A stretch of DNA of 64,000 bases from Squalus acanthias. Lineage: Eukaryota. The position numbers and the translations under genes were made by a program. The notes under the pieces are model-generated. The model saw nothing but the letters and a program-made list of their open reading frames with translations, did no database searches and was not told where the DNA came from. This document shows, piece by piece, positions 12,422 through 22,475 of the stretch (position 1 is its first letter; every line of letters begins with the position of its first letter). The stretch lies in NCBI GenBank assembly GCA_030390025.1, contig JASTWF010000328.1, forward strand, positions 434,001-498,000. Reading direction: 5' to 3'.

Positions 12422-12592
12422 GTGAGTGTTTGTGTTAATGTTTAATGTAATAAATAAAATATCAATGGGATTCAGTCACTTTATGGGTAATATTTGTCTG
12501 TAATTATTATTGAAATATTAACCCCAGTCTCGCGGTTATTTACACTGATGTTCAATCTGTTTATTTCCTGTTTAATCTTTAATCTGTTTCAG

Positions 12593-12683
12593 GCTGGGGA
12601 ACAATCGGTTCAGTTCAGACGGAGCGAGACTCCTGAGGGCGCTGCAGGGAGCAAGACCCGGATTGACAGTGATCGTTAATTGA
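12593..12683 (+). CDS. NLR terminal exon
   Basis: tttcag| LGNNRFSSDGARLLRALQGARPGLTVIVN*, TGA at 12681-83, phase consistent with the preceding exons. Confidence 0.85.
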
Positions 12684-12794
12684 ATTTAATTTAATTTAAC
12701 GGTTTCCCGCTCGAGCTGATCGCGTCATCTCCCATTGTGATGTCAGAGGCCCAGCCACAGGGTCACGTGACTCAGCCGCTCACAGGCTGCACCC

Positions 12795-15700
12795 CTTTCA
12801 AAATGGATGTGAGAGTGTGAGTTTCTGCAAATTGCAGAGTCTGTGTGAGTGTGTCTGCATGTGTGAGAGTTTCTGCAAATTGTAGAGTCTCTGAGTGTGT
12901 CTGTATGTCATTTTGGTTTTAATCATCCAACTCGGCAGTCATCCCTCAACAGGCTGGCCAGGCTGTGAGTTTGTGTGTGACAAGGCAGGCTGGCAGGCAG
13001 AGAGAGAAATCAAGACAACATATAGTATAAAATACTGAAAACTGTCTGTTTGCTTTTAAACTCCCAAACAGCAGAGCTATGAAAGAAATCAACTTTCTTT
13101 CATTGCTGACAGTGATTTGTGGCGATTTTGCAGGCTGGTCTGTGTGTGTGTGTGTGTGTGTGACAGAGAGAGACACAGACAGCAAAAGCTGGTGTGTATG
13201 CAGGGCTTGTCTGTGTTCAAGTTATCTGCCGTGTGCATTGGTACTGCATCTCATGTCTGAATAAAGCAGAAAGTATACACCATTAGATCATACTGATTTA
13301 ATTCCAGACTATGCTGTGGTGGGATCTTACTTTGCCTTTCATTCAAGAATTTTGTAAAAAGCAAATCTGCATATATACATCAAGCCATTTGATATTTTAC
13401 TGGACTGGACTTTATTGGGGAATGTTTGTGGAGTGTTTCATGGCACATCCTGCTGTGGGATCTTACTCTCCCCTTCAGCCCAACCCAAACAAGTCAAGAC
13501 ATTTGTTAAAAATAAGTATATATTTTATTTTTAAAATTGTTTTCAGACTAATCCATTTTATTTTTTTCTGGACTGGGCTTTATTGGGGAATGTGCTTGGG
13601 ATGTTTTCAGAGCAAAAACTGCAGTGCGATCTTTCCATTCATTTTATTACACTCCAGGCAAACCACAGACAGGCAGACATTTAATTATCAGAAGTAAAGT
13701 ATATATATTATTATTTATTCCTGATTGTATTTACTTCTTTTCACCCTCCCGGGCTTTCATTTCCTCTCGGGGACCCGGATTTTGGTGACCTCGGCTTCAC
13801 ATCTTCCTGTTTGATTGTCCTCGTCAAACATGGCCGCACAGCCAGGAAGGGACATCATCATAAATTGACACTCCCAGGCTCCACATCTTTCAAAATGGAT
13901 GTGTGAGGGTGAGGGTGAGGGTGAGTTTCGGCAAATTGCAAAGACTGTGTGAGTGTGTCTGTAAGTGAGTGGGTGTCTGTGTTTCTGTAAATTGCAGAGT
14001 GTGTCTGTGTGCGTGGGTGTCTGTGTGTCTACAAATTGCAGAGTCTGTGTGAATGTGTGTGTCATGTTACTGTAAATTTTAGTTCAATGTGGGTGGGAGG
14101 GTGTCTGTGTGAGTGAGAGACAGACAGAGAGTCAGTGAGAGGGAGAGAGACATGAAAGCAAAAGGCAAGTAGCAGAATAGAAAGCCTGTTTCTGTAGCCC
14201 CAAAATGAAAAGATAAGATACTGAAAACTGTCTTTTTGGTTTTAATCTTCCAACACGGCAGTCATCCCTCTGCAGGCTGGCCAGGCTGTGAGTGTGTGTG
14301 TGTGAGAGAGAGAGAGGGCAAAAGCTGGTATTTGTGTGAGATGTGGTCTGCTGTCTCATTACCTGCTGTTGTTGTATTAAACCCTATTGATTTCATTCTG
14401 GCCTGGTCCACATGTAATGCTGTTGTGTATCACTTCATTGCAATTTATTTCATTCACTTCACTTCAAGACAGACAGTCAGTCAGTCAGATACTGAAAATG
14501 TCATTGTGGACTGTCTGACAATAAAAGCTGTCTGGGATCTTTGCATTCTTTTTATTCCACTCTACTCAAATCAACACAAGGTAGACAGGCAGGCTGCTAG
14601 TGAGAGAGACACATGAAATCAAGACAAACTGCAGAATAGAAATAAAAACAGAAAATGCTGGAAATACTCAGTATGTTAGGCAGCATCAGTGGAGATACAG
14701 AGAAACAGAGTAAATGTTTCAGCTCGATGACCTTTCGTCAAAACCTTTCCAGAATCTGACAAAAGGTAATCGAGCTGAAACATTAACTCTGTTTCTCTCT
14801 CTCTCCATAGATGCTGCCTTACCTGCTGAGTATTTCCAAAACTTTCTGTTTTTATTTCAGATTTCCCACTTCCACAGGATTTGCTTTTGATGCAGAATAG
14901 AAAGCCTGTTTCGGTAGGCCGCAAACTGAAAAGATCAAATACTGAAAACTGTCTGTTTGCTTTTAAACTGCCAAACAGAGCAGACTAATGATAGAAATCA
15001 ACTTTCTTTCATTGCTGACAGTCATTTGTGGCAATTTTACAGGCTGACCTGTGTGTGTGTGTGTGAGAAGAGAGACAGACAGCAAAAGCTGATGTGTTTG
15101 CAGGGCTTGTCTGTGTTCAAGTTATCTGCCGTGTGCATTGGTATTGCATCTCATGTCTGAAAACAACAGAAAGTATACAACATTAGATCATACTGATTTA
15201 ATTCCAGACTGCGCTGTTGTGGGATCTTACTTTCCTTTCTTACAAGATTTTGTAAAAAGCAAATCTGCATATATACATCAAGCCATTTGATATTTTACTG
15301 GACTGGACTTTATAGGGGAATGTTTGTGAAGTGTTTCATGGCACATCCTGCTGTGGGATCTTACTCTCCCCTTCAGCCCAACCCAAACAAGACAAGAAAT
15401 TTGTTAAAGAAAAAGTATATATTATATTTTATTAATGATTTTCAGAATAATCCATTTGATTTTTTTCTGGACTGGGCTTTATTGGGGAATGTGCTTGGGA
15501 TGTTTTCAGAGCAAATGCTGCTGTGCGAGCTTTCCATTCATTTTATTACACTCCAGGCAAACCACAGACAGGCAGACATTTAATTACCAGAAGTAAAGTA
15601 TATATATTATTTATTCCTGATTGTGTTTACTTCTTTTCACCCTCCCGGGCTTTCACTTCCTCTCGGGGACCCGGATTTCTGGGGCCTTGGCTTCACATTT

Positions 15701-16069
15701 TCCTGTTTGTTTGTCCTCATCAAACATGGACGCACAGCCAGAAAGGGACCATCATCAAAAATTGACACTCCCAGGCTCCACCACTTTCAAAATAAATGTG
15801 TGTGTGTTTCTGCAAATTGCAGAGTCTGAATGTGTGAGTCATGTTACTGTAAATTTTAGTTCAATGTGTGTGGGAGGGAGACTGTGTGAATGGCAGACAG
15901 ACAGAGAGTCAGTGAGAGCGAGAGAGACATGAAATCAAAAGGCAAGTAGCAGAATAGAAAGCCTGTTTCTGTAGGCCACAAAGTGAAAAGATAAGATACT
16001 GAAAAGTGTCTTTTTGGTTTTAATCTTCCAACACGGCAGTCATCCCTCTGCAGGCTGGCCAGGCTGTGA

Positions 16070-16100
<31 letters not shown>

Positions 16101-17825
16101 GGGCAAAAGCTGGTGTTTGTGTGAGATGTGGTCTGCTGTCTTATTACCTGCTGTTGTATTAAACCCTATTGATTTCATTCTGGCCTGGTCCATATGTATT
16201 GCTGTTGTGTATCACTTTATTGCACTTTATTTCATTTCACTTCCCTTCAAGACAGACAGTTAGTCAGTGAGATCCTGAAAAATGTCTTTGTGGACTGTCT
16301 GACAGTAAAAGCTGCTCTGGGATCTTTGCATTCTTTTTATTCCACTCGACTCAAAGCAAGACAAGTCTGGCAGGCAGTGAGAGAGACACATGAAATCAAG
16401 ACAACATGCAGAATAGAAATAAAAACAGAAAATGCTGGAAATACTCAGTATGTTAGGCAGCATCAGTGGAGAGACAGGGAAACAGAGTAAATGTTTCAGC
16501 TCGATGACCTTTCGTCAGAACCTTGCCAGAATCTGACAAAAGGTAATCGAGCTGAAACATTAACTCTGTTTGTCTCTCTCTCTCCACAGATGTTGCCTTA
16601 CCTGCTGAGTATTTCCAGCATTTTCTGTTTTTATTTCAGATTTCCCACATCCACAGCATTTTCTTTTGATGCAGAATAGAAAGCCTGTGTCTGTAGGCCG
16701 CAAATTGAAATGATAAAACACTGAAAAATCTCTGTTTGCGTATAAACTGCCAAACAGAGCAGAGCAATGATAGAAATCAACTTTCTTTCATTGCTCATAG
16801 TGATTTGTGGCGATTTTGCAGGGGTGTGTGTGTGTGTGTGTGTTGGTGTGTATGCAGGACTTGTCTGTGTTCAAGTTGTCTGCCGTGTGCATTGGTATTG
16901 CATCTCATGTCTGTAAGTAACAAAGTATATACCATTAGATCATACTGATTTCATTCCAGACTGTGCTGCTGTGGCATCTTACTTTGCCTTTCTTTCAAGA
17001 ATTCTGGAAAAAGCAAATATACATATATACATCAAGCCATTTGATATTTCTCTGGACTGGACTTTGTTGGGGAATGTTTGTGGAGTGTTTTATTGCATAT
17101 CCTGCTGTGGGATCTTACTCTCTCCCCTTCAGCCCAACCCAGACAAGACTTTTGTAAAAAAAGAAACGTGCATAATATATTTTTAAAATTATTTTCAGAA
17201 TAATCCATTTGATTTTTTTCTGGACTGGGCTTTATTGGGGAATGTGCTTGGGATGTTTTCAGAGCAAAAGCTGCTGTGGGATCTTCACATTCATTTTATT
17301 ACACTCCAGGCAAACCACAGACAGGCAGACATTTAATTACCAGAAGTAAAGTATATATATTATTATTTATTCCTGATTGTATTTACTTCTTTTCACCCTC
17401 CCGGGCTTTCATTTCCTCTCGGGGATCCGGATTTCTGGGGCCTCGGCTTCACTTCTTCCTGTTTGTTTGTCCTCATCAAACATGGCCGCACAGCCAGGAA
17501 GAGACATCATCAAAAATTGACACTCCCAGGCTGCACCTCACTCCAAAATGGATGTGTGAGTGTGAGTTTCTGCAAATTGCAGGGTCTGTGTGGGTGTGTG
17601 TGTGTCATGTTACTGTAAATTTTAGTTCAATGTGGTTGGGAGGGAGATTGTGTGAGTGGCAGACAGTCAGTGAGAGCGAGAGAGACATAAGATCAAAAGG
17701 CAAGTAGCAGAATAGAAAGCCTGTTTCTGTCGGCCACAAAGTGAAAAGATCAGATACTGAAAAGTGTCTTTTTGGTTTTAATCTTCCAACAAGCCAGTCA
17801 TCCCTCTGCAGGCTGGCCAGGCTGC

Positions 17826-17872
<47 letters not shown>

Positions 17873-18684
17873 GGCAAAAGCTACTGTTTGTGCGAGATGA
17901 GATCTGCTGCTGTTGTATTAAACCCTATTGATTTCATTCTGGACTTGTCCACATGTATTACTGTTGTGTATCACTTTATTGCACTTTATTTCATTTCACT
18001 TCACTTCAAGTCAGACAGTCAGTCAGTGAGATACTGAAAAATGTCTTTGTGGACTGTCTGACAGTAAAAGCTGCTCTGGGATCTTTGCATTCTTTTTATT
18101 TAACTTTACTCAAATCAAGACAAGGCTGGCAGGCAGTGAGAGAGAAACATAAAATCAAGACAACATGCAGAATAGAAATAAAAACAGAAAATGCTGGAAA
18201 TACTCAGTATGTTAGGCAGCATCAGTGGAGATACAGTGAAACAGAGTAAATGATTCAGCTCGATGACCTTTCGTCAGAACCTTGCCAGAATCTGACAAAA
18301 GGTAATGGAGCTGAAACATTAACTGTGTTTATCTCTCTCTCCACAGATGCTGCCTTACCTGCTGAGTATTTCCAACACTTTCTGATTTTATTTCAGATTT
18401 CCCACATCCACAGCATTTGCTTTTGATGCAGAATAGAAAGCCTGTTTCTGTAGGCCGCAAAATGAAATGATAAAACACTGAAAACTGTCTGTTTGTGGTG
18501 CTCGTTTTAGCAGTTTAAAATCAATGATAGCAATCCACTTTCTTTCATTGCTGACAGTGATTTGTGGCAATTTTAAGGCTGGCCTGTGTGTGTGTATGAT
18601 AGCGAGAGAGACAGAGAGCAAAAGCTGGTGTGTATGCAGGGCTTGTCTGTGTTCAAGTTATCTGCCATGTGCATTGGTACTGCA
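12795..18684. repeat. Macrosatellite, ~1.75-1.9-kb unit, ~3.2 copies
   Basis: Landmark gtgcattggta(c/t)tgca recurs at ~13232, 15133, 16887 and 18669; units contain (TG)n/(GA)n tracts and a fold-back. Confidence 0.92.
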
Positions 18685-18744
18685 ACTAATACAGCCCCTC
18701 CAACTGACACAGACCCTCCAACTGACACAGACCCTCCAACTGAT
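18683..18744. repeat. 18-bp tandem repeat (acagaccctccaactgac) x~3
   Basis: Direct inspection; lies at the macrosatellite/promoter junction. Confidence 0.8.
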
Positions 18745-18751
18745 AGTCAAT

Positions 18752-19260
18752 GGCAGTGAACCTGATTTTCAGGCTCCAGCTGCTGCAGTAATGGCGGCTG
18801 CAATCCCCCCAAACCCCCGCGCTCTGGAAAGCGCTCCGGCCGCCGCGCTGAGTTGTGGCTGACACCGCGCATGCGCCCCATGGCCCCGCCTTCTTCTGCT
18901 CCACAGGCGATCGGCCCGCACCGCGCATGCTCAGCACACACCCTGTCTGAGAGTCCGGATCACCGGCGGAAAGTGAGTTTTATGGGTTTTTTTATATGTA
19001 GCGGAGAGAAGAGCGGGCGGGAGATAAATAAAACGAAAATACAAACCGGAGCCTCCCGGCACCGAGCGGAGCGGATTGAGCGGCCACAGCCCGTTGTCTT
19101 CTGTAGGGAGCCGGACTGGGGCACGTGATCAACTCCACGGCGGTGACTGACGTGAGCTCCGACCAATAGGGAGAGCGCGGGCGGAGCTTGGTGGACTGAG
19201 CTGGCGGCGGGTCCTCCAACCAATCGGGGTGTCCGAGGGGCGGGACTTCCACCGCCTGCT
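18752..19260 (-). promoter_or_regulatory. Orphan CpG-rich promoter cassette paralogous to the ZNF promoters
   Basis: NRF1-type GCGCATGCGC, CACGTG, TGACGT, two CCAAT, GC boxes; 18752-18945 closely matches 21560-21775; candidate donor CCG|GTTTGT at 19046 (-). Confidence 0.65.
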
Positions 19261-19371
19261 TCACCCGCTGTTGAGACAAGTGGAATGCAGTAGAGGGCGC
19301 TCTTCTGAGTTTAGGGCTCAGGCCTGTTAGTGGAGCAGTTCAGAGGGAACTTTACTCTGCACTGTGCTTTA

Positions 19372-19490
19372 CTCCCTCAGCACTGGAGTGGCAACCCAGA
19401 GTTTTGGACTCAAGTCTCTGGAGTGGGACTTCAACCCACAACCTTCTGACTCAGAGGCAAGAGTGCTGCCGCCTGAGCCACGGCTGACAC
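19372..19490 (-). mobile_element. tRNA-derived head of a Deu-domain SINE (SacSINE1-like)
   Basis: Reverse complement gtgtcagccgtggctcag..gggttgaagtcccactccag (A/B boxes); same head as 60170-60277. Confidence 0.6.
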
Positions 19491-19650
19491 TATATATCTA
19501 ACCCGTGCTGTACCTGCCCTGGGAGTGTTGGATGAGACAGTGTAGAGGGAGCTTTACTCTGTATCTAACCCCGAGCTGTTCCTGCCTTGGGAGTGTTTGA
19601 TGAGACAGTTCAGAGGGAGCTTTACTCAGTATCTAACCCACGCTGTACCT
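19491..19650. repeat. ~65-bp minisatellite (gagggagctttactctgtatctaacccgtgctgtacctgccctgggagtgtttgatg)
   Basis: 2-3 tandem copies; same unit at 60293-60430. Confidence 0.8.
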
Positions 19651-20144
19651 GATTTGCAAGAATCACATGAGACTCTAGAATTGTTTTGAATAATTTTTAT
19701 TGACATTCAGACCTGACACTTTTACCAGATAACAAAGTTATACAACCTTATTCTGGGAGGTCCACTCAGAGCTGAGGGTGATCAGGACCCTGTTCTGGGA
19801 GAGTTGAGGATGTTCTCGTTCTTCTTGCTCCATTGTTGCTCGTGGTTCTCCTGACAATCACTGTAAGTCTGGATGTTTTGTAGCCTTAGTTACCGGAGTC
19901 TGTTGCTGGGCAGAATACAATATGTAGACTTGTTTTTCCAATAGTTCAACAGCTGCTTTATCTCTTCCTTTGTTACTTCTCACACTTTCGTAACTGTCAC
20001 TAGATTGGGTAAGCTTTGACCTTGAACAGTCCAGCAGGCCGCAGTCAGTCTGCCCTCCTGTTCCGTTCTGGGCACCGCACCTCAGGAAGGATATATTGGC
20101 AGAGAGTCACCAGAATGACACCGGGGCTAAAAGGGTTAAATTAT

Positions 20145-20463
20145 GTGTCTGCGTGGGTTTCCTCCGGGTGCTCCGGTTTCCTCCCACAGTCCAAAAATGT
20201 GTGGGTTAGGTTGATTTGGCTATGATAAATTGACCCTTAGTGTTAGGGGGGATTAAATATGTGGGGTTATGGGGATAGGATGGGATATGTTAGGGGGAAT
20301 TAAATACGTGGGGTTACGGGGGTAGGGTGGGATATGTGTACTGTGGGGATTAAGCAGGGACAGGGTACTGGATTTGGATGATCAGCCATGATCGTATTGA
20401 ATGGCGGAGCAGGCTCGACGGGCCGAATGGCCTACTCCTGCTCCTAGATTCTATGTTTCTATG
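20145..20463 (+). mobile_element. V-SINE (HE1-like), 5'-truncated, with CR1-derived tail
   Basis: V-domain gtgtctgcgtgggtttcctccgggtgctccggtttcctcccacagtccaaa; tail gggccgaatggcctactcctgctcct. Confidence 0.8.
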
Positions 20464-20598
20464 AGGACCGGTTGCACAGACTAGGCTTGTATTCCCCATG
20501 CACCATCAGCTCAACAGGCTGAAAGATTAAACAGCAGCACAAAATTTATAAAACATTTTCCCCGTTCACATTGCCCCAGCTGCCGGCAGGGCCCTGCC

Positions 20599-21381
20599 CT
20601 ACAGAGCAGGGTGAACTTGTTGGTGTGTCCGCAGGTGGGATGACTGAGTGAATCCCTTCCCACACACAGAGCAGGTGAACGCCCTCTCCCCAGTGTGAAC
20701 TCGCTGGTGTGATAGTAGGTTGGATGACCGAGTGAATCCCTTACCACACATGGAGCAGGTGAACGGCCTCTCACCGGTGTGAACTCGCTGGTGCATGCGC
20801 AGGTGGGATGACTGAGTGAATCCCTTCCCGCACACGGAGCAGGTGAACGGCCTCTCCCCGGTGTGAACTCGCTGGTGTGTCAGTAGATGGTTGGACCGAG
20901 TGAATCCCTTCCCACACACGGAGCAGGTGAACAACCTCTCTCCAACTATCCCCAGCTGGTGTCTCTTCAGTTCCTGGAAGCATTTAAAGCTGTTACCAGA
21001 GTCAGAACATTTCATCGGTCCCTCATCAGTGTGAAATCGCTGGTGTCTCAGCAGGATGGATAATCGAGGAAATCCCTCACCAGACACTGAGCAGATGAGT
21101 AGACTCTGAACAGTGTGTTCTTTTTGGTGTATCTGCAGGTCAGATAACTGAGTGAATCTCTTCCCACACATGGAGCAGGTGAACGGACTGACACCGGTGT
21201 GACTGCGCTGATGTTCTTCCAACACAGATGGGGAACTGAATCCCTTCCCGCCATCCCCGCCTTTCTCCCCGGTGTGACGGTGCACGTGTCTCACCAGGTC
21301 AGGCAATTGGCTGAATCCGAGTCCACACACGGAACACGTGTGCAGTTTGTCCGCGCTGCAATCGCTGCTTTCTCCTTCCAT
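20599..21381 (-). CDS. C2H2 zinc-finger protein ZNF-A (260 aa; 9 finger units, 6 canonical), no KRAB
   Basis: ATG of MEGESS at 21381; CxxC..HxxxH arrays with TGERPF linkers; candidate acceptor ttacag| at 21491. Confidence 0.85.
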   Translation of the reverse strand: MEGESSDCSADKLHTCSVCGLGFSQLPDLVRHVHRHTGEKGGDGGKGFSSPSVLEEHQRSHTGVSPFTCSMCGKRFTQLSDLQIHQKEHTVQSLLICSVSGEGFPRLSILLRHQRFHTDEGPMKCSDSGNSFKCFQELKRHQLGIVGERLFTCSVCGKGFTRSNHLLTHQRVHTGERPFTCSVCGKGFTQSSHLRMHQRVHTGERPFTCSMCGKGFTRSSNLLSHQRVHTGERAFTCSVCGKGFTQSSHLRTHQQVHPAL

Positions 21382-21490
21382 GTGCAAAGGCCGATGATAT
21401 TCAGGTCCTGATGAATCAAGCGACTCTGTCAGATCTTGACGTGATGTTTGGTCTGAGCTTCCTGTCTGTAAATGCTCCACTTCTAAAACC

Positions 21491-22215
21491 CTGTAAGAGG
21501 AGTTGAGAAAGGGGTAAGAGGGAGAATGTTGTCTTGTGTCGCCCTTTCCCAGCCCAGGGGCAGTGAAGCTGATTTTCAGGCCCCAGCTGCTGCACAGGTT
21601 GGTTGAAAGGATCAACAGTAATGGCGGCTGCAATACCCACAAGGCCTTGCGCTCCAAAAAGCGCACCGGCCGCCGCGCTGAGTTGTGGCTGACACTGCGC
21701 ATGCGCCCCATGGCCCCGCCCTCTCCTGCTCCACAGGCGCCCGGCCCGCACCGCGCATGCTCAGCACACACCCTGGGACCCTGTCAATCATCCTCCCCCG
21801 CGCCTGCGCGCTGGGCCCCTGAGCTCCAGGCTGCCGCGCGGGGCTTTCTTTGTAAAGTCGGTGTTGGTTAAGAGCCGCAATCAGTGAGGGAAAGTGAGTT
21901 TTCCCCCAGATCCGATTGAGATCAGAGGAGGGGAGAGAATAAAGGGGAATCCAAACCTGAGAGTCCGCGGATCCGGGCCCCGAGCGGAGCTTCTTCAGTT
22001 TGGCGGAGCGCGCTCCAGGGACACGTGACCCGGCCCTGATTGACGTGAGCTTCCGACCAATAGGGAACGAGCGGGGCGGGTCTGGAGGATCGAGCCGGCG
22101 GCGGGTCCCCCAACCAATCGGGGAGCCTGAGGGGCGGGACTTGCGCCGGCTGATTGTCTGATCCGCAGGGCAGCGAGTTTCTCCAGTCCCTTGTTCGGGG
22201 CCTGGTGCCAGGGGA
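21491..22215 (-). promoter_or_regulatory. ZNF-A promoter, non-coding exon and intron cassette
   Basis: CCAAT x2, TGACGT, CACGTG, GC boxes at 22020-22140; candidate donor CAG|GTTTGG at 21956; NRF1-type sites at ~21697 and ~21753. Confidence 0.65.
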
Positions 22216-22475
22216 GGCTGTGGGCCTTTATTCCCCTTATTGGACACAAGGCTCTTTGGCTCACATTTCAATACAGACTTTTTAAATTCACGAATCAAAG
22301 GGACAGGGTCTCTAATTCTGTTGTGCGACAGTTCCTGGGACAGACTGTATCTCCCCCTCTCCTCCACACAGGGATTTGTGCTGGTTAAAGGGACAGCGAT
22401 TCTCCTTGTTCTGCGAGTTTGTAATTAACTTTATCCCATATTACAGACTCCAGGAGTTTACCAATAACTCCTCGA

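Noticed and set aside
12762..12774. GTCACGTGACTCA composite E-box/AP-1 site after the NLR stop (similar 13-mer at ~2966)
   Set aside because: Single short motif with no supporting context
12946..18621. Many 60-140-aa ORFs in the macrosatellite
   Set aside because: Low complexity; frames not conserved between units
18683..18744. Short direct repeats as a CRISPR-like array
   Set aside because: No unique spacers, eukaryotic context, no cas genes
21382..21771. N-terminal extension MCAEHARCG.. on ZNF ORFs (also at 29431 and 38627)
   Set aside because: Starts at GTG within the GC-rich cassette and crosses a pyrimidine-tract/AG acceptor; best read as intron or promoter sequence
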